59,216 nucleotides of DNA, from NCBI RefSeq assembly GCF_001194135.2, contig NC_068988.1, positions 62,948,103 through 63,007,318 on the forward strand. Direction: 5' to 3'. The position numbers and the translations under genes are program-made. The notes under the pieces were generated by a model, which made no database searches, was not told where the DNA came from, and saw only the letters and a list, made by a program, of their open reading frames with translations. The DNA comes from Octopus bimaculoides (Eukaryota). Shown one piece after another: positions 12,920 to 25,995 of this stretch; the stretch's first letter is position 1, and the number at the start of each line of letters is the position of its first letter.

Positions 12920-13160
12920 GTGTGTGTGTGTGTGTGTGTCTGCGTGTGTATATTTATGTGTCTATATTTGTGCCCCCACCATCGCTTGACAACCGATGTT
13001 GGTAAGATAGCTATAACTTAGCGGTTCGGCAAAATAGACAAATAGAATAAGTAGTACGTTTACAAAGAATAAGTCCTAGGGTTTATATTGATATTTTCGA
13101 CTAAAGCGGTGCTCCAGTATGACCACAGTCAAAGGACTGAAAGAAGTGAAAAGAAAAGAA
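12797..13160 (+). mobile_element. SINE family A (5'-truncated) with internal (TA)n(TG)n microsatellite
   Basis: gtggatttgataaatggaagcagaaagcaagccgtcg matches the end of the head in the 35406 and 46091 copies; after the microsatellite, caccatcgcttgacaacc...gcggtgctccag matches the tail of the 52101 copy. Confidence 0.75.
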
Positions 13161-13868
13161 AGGAATACGCTTATTGTAATATTTTTTGAAGTGTTATGAA
13201 TATTTCGTAATGCATTGTACTCTTATGAAAGTACAGTGAGATTAGGCCTCTTGATATATAAAATACTAACTGGAAAATTAATCAATATCCTTAAAATACA
13301 TGCTCTCAATCGATATCCTTAAAATACTTTCGTTTATCTTAATCAATATCATTACTATCTTTAAAGGATATATATCAATAATGCTACAGGTCTAAAACGA
13401 ATTTGTTTGAGATTTGAACTAATTGCTTCCTTGCCTCTGGTTGTGCCAAATTGGATTCAAATATGAGAATTATAAGTAATTGCACATTATCGGGAAAATT
13501 TGCTGGATATTTATTTTTATTTTATTATTATTATTTAAGATCTGATTTGCTTTTAAAATTTTCTATGGAATGGATTTTTACGTATTTAACATCATTGCCT
13601 TTATGTATGTAGGCATGGAAATATGTATGTCATTATTCACTTTATTTCAAGATTTCTTGCCAATAGAGAAAGAATTGGTTTCTACCCTAGATCAAAGGCT
13701 CCTTGATTGGAATTTCAACATCAACAAGCTGGTCTTTTTGTATGTATGTATGTATGTATGTATGATTTTTATGTTTTATGTATCTATTTTCATGCATATA
13801 GTTGCATATCTAGACATGCTTAAATATATTTAAATGATAAACTTCTGGAAAGTTTTACAGATTCTTAC

Positions 13869-13937
13869 AGTTCCAGTGATAGATTGGATCTGTAGCCTTC
13901 GGATTAGCTTTCTCATTTCTCCTTTCTGGTTTCTCCG
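13869..13937 (-). CDS. Candidate internal exon (69 nt, phase 1-1), product unknown
   Basis: tttggtttacag|cggagaaacc...tggaact|gtaaga; open frame EKPERRNEKANPKATDPIYHWN. No recognised homology. Confidence 0.22.
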
Positions 13938-15129
13938 CTGTAAACCAAATGTATGCAAAGCGACCTTCTTAACCACAGAGCCGAATAGAAAAGCGGAATT
14001 GTTGATTGTGTAACTATGTGGTTTGGACAATCGGCTATTCAACGTAAGATTGTATTATACACAGAATATGATTTAATCTCTGAATGAACATTGCATGTGT
14101 GCGTGTTTGAGGGAAGGACAGTCAGACAGAGAGACAGAGACAGATTGCATATCCGTGTGTGTTTGTGTAGGAGTGTGCATGCACGTGTATATAGAAATAT
14201 TTTATTGATATTTAAATTTTAAAATCTGATTATATTTCTAAACAATATTTTGTAAACTATCTTTTTTAGAGAATCCAAACACATTTGGAACATCCGTGAT
14301 ATTTCACTTAAAACAAGGATTTGAGTTTTACCTTTCAATGTACTCCAACATTATTGAATGGATCTCCTACATGGACATTATACAAAAATCTAATCTGCTT
14401 TAAAGACACAAGTCACACGAGATATTTGCGCTCATCGTTTTTCAATTTCTTGAGAAGTTGCTGAACAGGAATATAATTGAAGAACTTAACATAAATGATA
14501 TTTGTAATACACTTACTACAAACACAAATTATTCATGACGAGACCAGCATTTTATAAAAAAGTAAAATACATCTTAAGAATGTTAGTTTCTAAATAATTT
14601 TTGACTTGTTGTTAGCCGACTACTATGCTTTAAACGATAGACTGATGTCAGACCAGTGTAATGCACTGACAGAAACACACATAATCTAAATCGTAATATA
14701 TGTAACGGCACATTTAATCTTGCATCACTAGATATGCAGCAATAACTCGATTAACGCGGGTATTATGTTCTAGCCCCACCACACACGCACTAGGTGAAAA
14801 TCCGCGAAGTATAAGCTGTACTGTATTATGTATTTTCAAAATTATTTTTATAATTTGTACATATTTATTTTGTTATAGATGCAAAACATCACCTCAGAGG
14901 AATCGACGTAAGCTTAAATAATAAACAGCAATAGGTGAATCGCGATATGACGAGGGATTACTCTCTCTCTCTCTCTCTCTCTCTCTCNNNNNNNNNNNNN
15001 NNNNNNNNNNNNNNNNNNNNNNNNNNNNNNNNNNNNNNNNNNNNNNNNNNNNNNNNNNNNNNNNNNNNNNNNNNNNNNNNNNNNNNNNNNNNNNNNNNNN
15101 NNNNTATATATATATATATATATATATAT

Positions 15130-15192
15130 CATCATTTAACGTCCGTTGTCCATGCTGAAATGGGGTCGATCGTTTGACTGGGCTGGCACAAG
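15130..15192 (-). mobile_element. SINE-like family D, short tail fragment
   Basis: Similar to 12073-12110. Confidence 0.55.
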
Positions 15193-15669
15193 AAGTTACA
15201 GCCAATACATATATTCAAACATATACATACAAACACATATCTATGAATGTCTGTGTGCGTATGTTCGTTTGTATGTGTTTGTTTGTGTGTGTGTATGTGT
15301 GTGCTGTGTATGTGTGTGTGTGTGTGTCTGTGTGTGTCTGTGTGTCTGTGTGTGTGTGCGTGTGTTTTTGTGTAATGTTGCTCTTGCACTGCTCGTAACA
15401 TGTAACCCAGCACAATTCTTTGCATGCTCGGGTCGTCTTCATCGAAAACCGATAAACTCTCCCGACAAGTTTGCTTGAATAGGTGGGTGATACTTGGTAA
15501 ACCTGCAGGATGAAACTCAAGCTACATCCAAGGAGTGAGAGTCAACGGTCATTCTTTAAAACGAAGGGGAGATTGTAATCGGTAGTTGTAATGAAAACTA
15601 GTAATCATTAAGGAGAATCCTGACGGACATGTCTATGTAATAGTTTTGTCTACGTACGGCTAATAAACA

Positions 15670-16055
15670 GGTGTAAAGAGACAGAATTAGTTGTCCAAGA
15701 ATTTCTACGACTTTATTAGCCCTTATTTCTGGCCTCCTAATTCTCCCTCTCGTAAATCCATAGATTACGATGTGTGGGGCGCTTTTGGAAATGACACTAA
15801 CACCCCTGCCTCTAACAGCAAGGCCTAGTTTGTGATAATGTCAGGGAGTAGTGTGAAGATATTCTCAGGGACACAGAGATGTATGTACGCGCCAGGAGCA
15901 GTGGTAGAAAAAATGTACGGCTACTTTGAATAAAGTGTAATCTCTCAATCATAATTCACTTTATAACATTGGATTGTTTTTAAATACTTGTATTTTGCAT
16001 TGGATTACTGTTCTTTTCATTTTATGCAAACTGTCAAATTTAGCAGGGACACCTG
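15670..16055 (+). mobile_element. Tc1/mariner-superfamily transposase 3' fragment (WPPNSP type, maT/DD37D-like), decayed
   Basis: LSKNFYDFISPYFWPPNSPSRKSIDYDVWG...AVVEKMYGYFE* (stop at 15931-15933); a possible right TIR remnant ends near 16055. Subfamily label is inference. Confidence 0.75.
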
Positions 16056-16164
16056 CATACACATATTACAAATATATATGTAGCATATACGTATGTATAT
16101 GTGAAACAAAAGTATTCTACATTGGAATTGAAAACAAATATTTTTGTGTATATGTGTGTGAGTA

Positions 16165-16200
<36 letters not shown>

Positions 16201-16217
16201 TATATATATATATATTC

Positions 16218-16256
<39 letters not shown>

Positions 16257-17283
16257 AACACACACACACTCGTACATATTCACCCACACATGTTTCTAAA
16301 ATAAGTGTCTAAGTTTGCTTTCTTTCTCAGTTCTTAATTGCTGTTTTCCCGAATGATTGTCAGAGACTACTGCAGACGACAATTTGCTAGCTGTCATACT
16401 GTTATATCTTGCGTTTCTTTTTTTCGTGTAAATATATATATATGTATATATAAAATAAAAATAGTGTATGTGTTCTCTGTTGTAACCTGCATAGTTTTTT
16501 CATCTTTGTTATAATTTGTTTCTATGGAAGTATTTTATTTCCCAGTTTTTGCGTGTAAGTATGTGTTCCTATTTGTTTTATGAAATTACATAAATCTAGA
16601 ATAAATACATTTTCCATTGTTTCTAACTCAACCATATACGAGTAATTTTCCATTCACTGTTATGTAGTTAGATAAAAATATGTACATAAACACCATACAC
16701 TTAATGATGTGGTGCTGTAGTGTGCGAAACATTTCAGCGTTTACCTGATAATTCTTCATTTATACTGCTACAAAATACTTCTGTAATCCAGTGTGCATCT
16801 ATCATATTTTGGTGTTTTACGTGAAATTATTATTTTTTTAACACCTTGTAACATTATGTGATGACAATCATTACTAACTTTTGAGAAAGTAATGTGGAAT
16901 TGCATTTTCAGATATAGGAAAATCAGCAGTAAGCACCATGTGCTTCAGATCCGTAAAACGTGTGTGTATATATTATTTATATACATAGAGAGGGAGAGAG
17001 AGTGTGCGAGAGAGAGAGAGGTTATGAGAGGTGATAGTGTCAACAAAACCCAAAAGTGTCAGGTAATGCTGAGTAAGTGCAATGGACAGACTATAGTTAA
17101 GCTCTAGGTTCGGTGATTAGGTGAATGAGGAGTTCAACGTAGGTCATATATCAGCAAGTGTATATATAAAAAGAAATTCAGAATGAGATAAAAATCCAAA
17201 ACTGTGAACAATTTTATAACATTTATAAATAGGTCTTACAGCTGTTTCCGGGATATTTTATATATCCCTTCATCGGGGACGGC

Positions 17284-17400
17284 GTGAGTAAATGGTTAAG
17301 CAATAGTTATTTTAGACACCTTCTTTCACTCTCTATTTCATATCTTATCTAAAATAACTATTTCATATCCAAAATAAATATTGCTTAACCATTTTCTCAC
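17284..17400. repeat. 117-bp element with 33-bp terminal inverted repeats, MITE-like
   Basis: gtgagtaaatggttaagcaatagttattttaga versus tccaaaataaatattgcttaaccattttctcac (3 mismatches). Confidence 0.8.
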
Positions 17401-18479
17401 AATGTAAGATCTTCTATTTATAGATGTTCTAAAATCTTTCACAGCGTTGGATTTTTATCTCATTCTGAAATTGTATATATATANNNNNNNNNNNNNNNNN
17501 NNNNNNNNNNNNNNNNNATACACACACACATACATATGCATGTGTGTGTGCGTGTGTGTGTGTATGTGTGTGTGTGTGCGTGCGTGTGTGCATATAAATG
17601 TAGAACAGGGGCACGACAAAGTGAAAGAAATAAACAGGAAATAAAGAAACACGTAGATTTTCTCACTACCTCCTCCCTTGCCCATTAAATATATTTTCCA
17701 CAACTTCCGTCAATACTGTTCAATTTGACACTGTGAAGAACATAAGGTACAAATGAATGGACATGATAGTATACAAATATAACAATATGTGGTAAGTATA
17801 ATAAGAAGTTGACGCCTGTAAACCGAGCGGAAAATATACAGGAGTTATGAGAAGAAAAGGAGAAAATTTACAAAATGAAATAACAAAATAAACGAGGATT
17901 GACATATAGCGTGAGATGTTCATATACATAAGAAATCTTTTGATAATATGCGGTTTCTGTACTTGCGTATATTTACACGTTCATGTGTGTGTGGATAGAG
18001 ATTGCACGCATGTGCGTAATTCGAACGCTGATATACATATAGTATATTAAATGTGTAATCAAAATTTCACAAAACAAGCACACACATACACACAGTTAAA
18101 TGCTCGAATTTTAATATTCGCTTCTCGAACACAGGGTCCTAGTTCAATTTTCCATTCCCGTTTCTATCCCAATGCAATTTTGGAAGAGGATGGTTTTTAC
18201 GTAGCTTCAGACCAATCGATAAATTTAGAGAGAAATATGTTGACAGAATTTGTAAGACGTGTCAGATAGCTTGGATAAATAATCCACATGGTGCTGCTTT
18301 ATGACATACCCTGTCACGCAGATTCGGTATGAGCACTAAGGATACTTGGCTGTGGAATTCTCAGTCGCCTACGCTGTAAATCATGAATAGATGCTATCGT
18401 TTGGATGGACAACTATTGGGTAGTCAGAGAGATTCGTCTTTCATTTCCTGAATTCGCAGGAAATATATTTTATCTGTAA

Positions 18480-18885
18480 TGATTATAATTTTGTTCCTTG
18501 TTTTACAAGTTTGAATACATTTAACAGCTTTTCAGACATGTCACGATGGCGTTCTAGCTACAGAAAATGAACACTTGCAAAACCTGCTAATCTTCACATT
18601 CAAACAAGTTCCTAAGGTCACGAAAATCATTCGAGACATTTCCGCTGCGTACGGAGAAAGTGCTTTGACTGAAACAAATATAGAAATGGTTTCCACGCTT
18701 CAGCGGAGGGTAATTTTCTCTTAGTGTCTCCACGTCCTGGTCAAACTGTTCAATTCTATGAGGATCGGTTAAGCCACCTTACCGCTACGGGTCAGCGTCA
18801 ACCCACAAGGGAATTAATCCAGCAATCGAGGTGTTTTCATGATGCCGTAACTCTTAATCTTCGCTCGGTGACGGAAAAAAATAAG
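18480..18885 (+). mobile_element. Mariner transposase 5' fragment (N-terminal HTH region), decayed
   Basis: ENEHLQNLLIFTFKQ...RDISAAYGESALTE, then KWFPRF and SPRPGQTVQFYEDRL...RQPTREL across frameshifts. Parallels the mariner N-terminus (H.R..LLF.F...YG...L.E...WF..F...RSGRP). Confidence 0.75.
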
Positions 18886-19294
18886 GATTAATAAAAATGG
18901 GGATAAAAAAAAAACTGAAAATTCATTGTAACTTTTTCGTCGCACGATGCATATGCACTCTATTCGTTAGCATGTACACACACACACTCACATACACACA
19001 GAGTTACACACACGTAGATATACATACATACATATATATATATNNNNNNNNNNNNNNNNNNNNNNNNNNNNNNNNNNNNNNNNNNNNNNNTATATATATG
19101 CATACATGTATATAGATATATATATATATATATAAACATACATACATATATATACATATATATATATGCATACTATAATACGAATATACATATTATAGTA
19201 CACAGAAACGAATTTGAAAAGCTTTAATTTCCCTTATATTTTATTGCGTTGTATGTGCAGGACATTCTTGCCAATACAGATGCGATGAGTACCC

Positions 19295-19362
19295 TCATCA
19301 TCATCACCACAATCATCAGTAGTAGTACTAGCAGCAGTAGCAGTAGTAGTAGTAGTAGTAGC

Positions 19363-19412
<50 letters not shown>

Positions 19413-19425
19413 CAGCAGTAACAAA
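19295..19425. repeat. (CAT)/(GTA/GCA) microsatellite
   Basis: Read directly from the sequence. Confidence 0.95.
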
Positions 19426-20222
19426 ATCGGTTCAACACTTTTTTTTTTCATTATTTTCTTATTTCTGTTATATATGCTTCTATCTTGTATTTTTCATTCA
19501 GTAACTTTTTGTTCTTTTGTCACACTTTGAGGAGATAATTGCTAGCCAAAAATTTCTCCTTGGCAGATAACATTCTCTTTATCTTTCCTGGAAATGGTAG
19601 CCAGTGAAACAAAAGGAGTTATGCGATTAAAGCGAGCATTTTTATATATTTTTTTCTTTTACCTTTATTGTGATATATGCTTGTTGTTTAACGTATTTTC
19701 CAACGTATGTTGTTAAGCAATGAGAAAATCTTATCTGCTAGCTTTCAAGAGTTTCTTTCATCAAAAATGTGAAAACTAGTTATATTGCAGCAAGAGAATA
19801 TATTAAGTTGGCTTCGATTCCAATAACCGTTTTCTGTATACGTATACCTATATATTTTTATATCTATTTATTACTTTCTCACACTGTCTTTCTCTTTCTC
19901 TTTCTCACTTTCTCTCTTCAGATATATATANNNNNNNNNNNNNNNNNNNNNNNNNNNNNNNNNNNNNNNNNNNNNNNNNNNNNNNNNNNNNNNNNNNNNN
20001 NNNNNNNNNNNNNNNNNNNNNNNNNNNNNNNNNNNNNNNNNNNNNNNNNNNNNNNNNNNNNNNNNNNNNNNNNNNNNNNNNNNNNNNNNNNNNNNNNNNN
20101 NNNNNNNNNNNNNNNNNNNNNNNNNNNNNNNNNNNNNNNNNNNNNNNNNNNNNNNNNNNNNNNNNNNNNNNNNNNNNNNNNNNNNNNNNNNNNNNNNNNN
20201 NNNNNNNNNNNNNNNNNNNNNN

Positions 20223-20268
<46 letters not shown>

Positions 20269-20947
20269 TGTGTGTGTGTGTATGTATGTATATATATAAC
20301 TGAATCCATAATTTTTCCTCTTTAATTCTCACATCTACACACACAAATGCATACGCAGTGAGATTCACACATAAATGTCTACGTGTAAGACCTACATACA
20401 TGAACACCGTCCCTTGTTCCTTGACCTGCGCGTAACAAATATCAAATATGAAAGCTAATTTCATGAGTCTAACATAGTGTTAAGCAGATAATGATTTGTA
20501 AACAAACCCATATGGTAAGGTTATATTTTCAGTATACATACAATTACACATTATGACGAGCACTCAAAACAAACGCAGTCATACACATGCGTTCGCTTTG
20601 TGAGAAATAGAAGGAATTGTACGATATATATGTTGCAGTATTTAGGTTTAAGGAATCTCTATATGACCGCACGATTACTATGGGAATAATCGTTTGCTTG
20701 TCTACACATTCGTGTTAGAAGGTAAAAGAAATGTACGACTAGAAATTACTGAAAACCATCCAGATCTGCGATATAGTAACACCATTCTCGAACCATGAAC
20801 TCTTACCTCTATGCATCGTATAGCGAGCGGGGTTTTTCCCTCTTCGAAACACGAGTCATTTTATATGATTCCATGCCAAGAGGATATCCACAAACAATCT
20901 TTTGTTTCGTCCTTTGCCCTTCGTCTTAACCACGACGTTTCCTTGTG

Positions 20948-21152
20948 TAATAATCCATTCTACTATCGGCACAAATCTTGAAATTTACTAACTGGGACAA
21001 GTTGGTTATGTTAACCCCCAATACCTGACTGGCACTTCTTTTATTGATTTCGGAAGGCTGAAAGGTAAAATTGTCTTGGCTGCATTTAAACTCAGAACTT
21101 AAAAACGAACGAAAGTTGTCTGGGACGGTAACGTCTCTGCCAGCATGCTGCT
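20948..21152 (-). mobile_element. SINE family B, decayed
   Basis: Tail taatccattctactatcggcacaa and head tctgccagcatgctgc on the reverse strand. Confidence 0.7.
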
Positions 21153-21165
21153 TTATTTCTAAGAG

Positions 21166-21380
21166 TATTAATCCTCTCTACTATAGACACAAAACTAGAA
21201 AATTAGCTAAAGGGCTTTTTGATTCCATCAGCCCCAGTGCATAATAGTTATTCATTTCATCGATCCCGAAAATATGAAGGGTAAAGTCGAAATCGGCAAA
21301 CTTCGAAATTAGCTGAAACCAGATCGTAAAACGGAGTGAATGCTGTTAATCCTTTTCCCCGGTCTGCTAACGGTTCCCTC
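21166..21380 (-). mobile_element. SINE family B, decayed
   Basis: aatcctctctactatagacacaa tail; atcgatcccgaaaatatgaagggtaaagtcga core. Confidence 0.7.
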
Positions 21381-21609
21381 TCACTGTGAGAAATGATATC
21401 ACAGAGAATGCACTAATATTTGCTGCTTTCTTTTCGTCCAATGTTATAATGTATACTGATCTGAAACGAAGTGCGGCTAAGGATTTTGTCCATCACCTTC
21501 CTTATATATGCAATATCGGTTTCAAATTCAGGCACAAGGCCAACAAGTTCGTGCGAGTAGATAAGTAAATTGCATCGACCTTTATGTTAAACTGGAGCTT
21601 TTTATGAAA

Positions 21610-21722
21610 TACGAAATAATGAAGGCAAGGCCAACCTCCACGGAATTTGAACTCAGAACGTAAGAAAGGAGGCAATACTACTAGGCATTTTGCCCCGCGC
21701 AGTAACGATTGTGCTTGCCGCT
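21610..21722 (-). mobile_element. SINE family B, 5' half
   Basis: gaaggcaaggccaacctccacggaatttgaactcagaacgtaa core. Confidence 0.7.
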
Positions 21723-22936
21723 TTGTATTATATATATAATATCAACACCAAATATATAATGTCCAGTTATTTATTATCTACAGCAGCAAAACTATAGCAG
21801 CACAGCTAGCAGAAACATTTGTCGACAGACCAAATACAGATTCAAAGAAGGGACTATAACAACCACTAGAGACAGTCTTTGTACTCTAACAAATTGTGCC
21901 CTATAATCATGAATATAGCACATTGGATAATGTGATCCAAATTCTTCTACACTCTGCACAACATATTATGGTCTCTGCTGGATTGTCTGCTGATCAATAG
22001 TCTGCTTGATTACAGTTCACTGTGGGTTACAGCTTAATAACAAAATACTATCAATGTGAATGCAACTGTGACTGCAATATCAGTAAATAATACGCTTTAT
22101 CATTACAGGCAAATCAAATTGTGTTGTCGTAAAACCTTCTCTATTCCAACAAATATACTCTCGGTATACTCAGAAGCAAAGCATGTATCCTTAAGGATTC
22201 CATAACGCAAATCGCTCAAATTCTAGGAAAGAAATAACTAGATAAACACTAAATAATGTTGACTTTTTCCTTTTTTTGAATAGTGAATAAAGAAAAAAGG
22301 CCAGGAAACTATAGGCTTCAATCTAAGAAGTTGTTATCAGTTTCTAAGCAGAACTGCAGGTCATTCATTATGAATAGAACAAGAAAACGTATGTTTCTGC
22401 AACGCTTCATTATCAATTTGTACAACTCGTTCTTCTGTTAGTTATATTATATTAAAGGGTAGAGAAATTCATTCAAAGGCTAAATTTTCTTAACTTTATT
22501 ACTCATACTGGCCGAAAGCCATGATACTAACTACATTGTATCGAATCACTGTCATCATCTTCTAATGCTAACTACTACCAACATCACCATCTGCTTCTTC
22601 AGCATCTATGTTTTAACTACAGCATCCACTGTTAGATAATATTCCTAACTACATTCAGAGTTTGGTGAAATGATTAAACTTCCGCGAGAGTAACAAACCA
22701 AGACTTTTAGTCGGAAATACTTTGTTAGGTGTATTTCCCTGTTTCTTCATTCAAATATAGCTAGGTTTTCAGGTACCCTTCACAATGTTTTGTAATTCAA
22801 CAACAATAATTTAATGTGTGCTTTCCACTATCTGTTATAGCTTTCAAAAATAAATGATTTCCACATATACATGTATATATACACACATTTATAAATATAT
22901 GCATACATAGGTGCACTCATACAGGTAAACACACAC

Positions 22937-22969
<33 letters not shown>

Positions 22970-22971
22970 TG

Positions 22972-23015
<44 letters not shown>

Positions 23016-23387
23016 NNNNNNNNNNNNNNNNNNNNNNNNNNNNNNNNNNNNNNNNNNNNNNNNNNNNNNNNNNNNNNNNNNNNNNNNNNNNNNNNNNNNN
23101 NNNNNNNNNNNNNNNNNNNNNNNNNNNNNNNNNNNNNNNNNNNNNNNNNNNNNNNNNNNNNNNNNNNNNNNNNNNNNNNNNNNNNNNNNNNNNNNNNNNN
23201 NNNNNNNNNNNNNNNNNNNNNNNNNNNNNNNNNNNNNNNNNNNNNNNNNNNNNNNNNNNNNNNNNNNNNNNNNNNNNNNNNNNNNNNNNNNNNNNNNNNN
23301 NNNNNNNNNNNNNNNNNNNNNNNNNNNNNNNNNNNNNNNNNNNNNNNNNNNNNNNNNNNNNNNNNNNNNNNNNNNNNNNNNNNNNNN

Positions 23388-23439
<52 letters not shown>

Positions 23440-23829
23440 GACTGCTTTTCAGCCTACAAAATCAGATATGTATTGTAGGTATCTCTAACTTTGGAAATGA
23501 AACAGATTGCTAAGTGTATTTGTTCAATGTTTCAAGCTTCAAATGGGCATAGTTTTAGATGTGTTTCTTAGTGATTCAACCTTCAAAAGGACCCTGAAAT
23601 ATAGATATACTTCGTCTTATCTCTATCTTCATATATAAATATGTTGTTCGATACGTATCATCCTCCCTCAAACTTCAAAAGAACATAGTTTCTTAGGTAT
23701 ATTTCACTGTATTTCATGTCTTCGTACACAGATAAAAAGAAAACTTTGTCATGTGTATTTCATTCTACCCTATTCTAACACTGAAAATAGTTCGTGAAGT
23801 ATACTCAACTACTCAAAGTTACATTCACT

Positions 23830-24018
23830 TCAAATTTTGGGTGCGGGAGTAAGTTGATTACTTCAACCGAAGTGCTTGACTGGTTCATATTTTACCGATC
23901 TTGTAAGGATGAAAGGCAAAGTCGACTACAGTGGAATTTGAATTAAGAACGTAAAATCGGAGGAAATGCTGCCAAGTATTTCGCTCGGCGTGCTGAATAT
24001 TCTTCCAACAATCTGCCT
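23830..24018 (-). mobile_element. SINE family B
   Basis: ggatgaaaggcaaagtcgactacagtggaatttgaattaagaacgtaa core. Confidence 0.8.
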
Positions 24019-24977
24019 TACTATTGAAGGATATAGTAACATCATTTTAAGTGGTGTATCTACATACTTACTCTGTCTACCTCTATAAAACATATCTTAC
24101 ATAAAAGTTTTTAACATACGTAAAATATCTGAAAATCAGGAAAGGGTCACTAGGTTGCATCAACCTCAGTTTAACTATCAGGTATTCGGATAATCTTCCA
24201 TCAATAAAAAGTAAATTTCATCCCAGGTAGACTTCATTCCAAATGACAGTTTACATAATATTATACTAGTTCTACTAATTGGGTAAGCAGAACAAACTTC
24301 AAACCTAAAGAATAAAATAACAATTTCAAAGATAAACATCAATGTATCCTCTGCTTCTAAAACAATCGAACGAAAATTTCTAAGATTACTATCGTTCTCT
24401 TAGGTAATAATTCATTAGAAAGAAATTAGCGCCTAGAATGTTGTCACAACAAATATAACATCTCTCTTTCGTTATATTTCGTGTTATCCAAACGGATTTG
24501 TTATAAATGTATCGTCATTACTCAACATCATTCTATTGTTCCTAGGAGCTCTAAGAAACATAGACACCAAATATAACTTAATTGGATAATGTAAAATTCC
24601 GTTTCCTTAACAGAAACTGACATAATTACTGCACATATCAAGAAAATATTATCGCACCTATCGTGAGATGACAATCATGCAACTTCAGTCACCGTGATTG
24701 CTTTAAATCGTAGGCTACCACATTTCTGTTTATCTTCCTGTCCAACGCGCGTCTTCCACGTAGTAATGACTGAATTACAAAAGCTACCCTTCTCTTCAAC
24801 CTTCCCACCAAAATATGTGAGCTCCTAACGGTTACTAAATGTTATAAAAACCCCCATGGGTCCCCAATGTACTTAGAATTGTTCTCATGTGAGACTATGC
24901 AACTGATGCACATTTAACTTAAAGGTCACTCCACCGATTAGCAATAAGTTTTTCGCCAATATCTTCAGACACCTTAC

Positions 24978-25120
24978 CCATAGAATTTATATTTCTTTCT
25001 TCTGAGATTTTACTCGTCGATATTTCGATCACGCTCTTTCGACTGATAAGAGCCTCTAGGCCTCTTATCCCTAACATTGCGTCCCATTCGGTCTCTGCAT
25101 TAACAACTACAGTGTATAAT
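24978..25120 (-). CDS. Candidate internal exon (143 nt, or 117 nt using an acceptor at 25094), product unknown
   Basis: Strong donor tctatgg|gtaagg; acceptors ttaactgtag| or gttaatgcag|; open frame LYTVVVNAETEWDAMLGIRGLEALISRKSVIEISTSKISEERNINSM; CpG-richer than its flanks. No recognised homology. Confidence 0.22.
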
Positions 25121-25294
25121 CTACAGTTAATGATTTTATACATAGGAATCAGTCTTTATTTAATCGATCTCTGAAATATTAAATGTGATAAAAAATGTGG
25201 GATTTGACCACCATGAAAATAGGGTAAGGATACCATCCAACATTTTTTCAACATTCTGTCTATTGCATCAACCCAAGCGACTGATATTCATATA

Positions 25295-25501
25295 CGAGAG
25301 AGAGCTGAAAATTTCCTGGCTTTTGGGTGAAAGAAAATACAGGAAGAAAAGCTAATTATGATTTTCGTCATCATACTCCCCTCTCACATTCACACACTTA
25401 TTGCAGCGGTCCGTCAGTATTTCATAAGACATCTAAAACAATTTGGAGGTATGAGGCTCCAACCAGGCCTTTCACGAAAACCCTTAAAGCCACGAACTTT
25501 G
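25295..25501 (-). mobile_element. Short non-autonomous mariner derivative
   Basis: TA-cgagagagagctgaaaatttcctggcttt at the left is inverted to aaagccacgaacttt at the right (right end eroded); the minus strand encodes DRCNKCVNVRGEY, a mariner C-terminus. Confidence 0.8.
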
Positions 25502-25854
25502 CATTGTATTTCTTTTATTTTCTATGATATACTTAATGGGAGTGAGATGAGCATTTTAAAATAACATGAGTACGGTAAGTTATTATTTGCAAGAGGGCAG
25601 AGCCAACTAATACATCATTGACAAGATGGTGGTGTTAAGTTGTCGCTCGAGACACTTCATATGTATCACTGCCAATGTCTTCCAATATTACTACAGAGAG
25701 ATATATAGAATTTTTTTTTTTTTTTTATCTTATATGGCATGAAGAGATTCAATGGTGCGAGATTACATGAGGAATTAACAGATGATGTTGTCAGAAATAT
25801 TTGACAAGTTAATTCACAGATCTAGTCCAGTCACCATTGATAGGACACTATATT

Positions 25855-25995
25855 AATAACGATAACAACAACAACAACATCATCATCAGGAAGAAGAAGA
25901 AGAAGAAGAAGAAGAAGAAGAAGGAGGAGGAGGAGGAGGAGGAGGAGGAGGAGAAGAAGGAGGAGAAGAAGGAAGAGAAGAAGAAGAAGAAGAAG
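25855..25995. repeat. Compound (AAC)(CAT)(AAG)(GAG) microsatellite running into a gap
   Basis: Read directly from the sequence. Confidence 0.95.

Noticed and set aside
20809-20925. Minus-strand CGYPLGMES resembling the start of an F5/8 type C domain, with a gtaaga donor
   Set aside because: The frame stops before the donor, the downstream residues do not fit the domain, and there is no usable acceptor.
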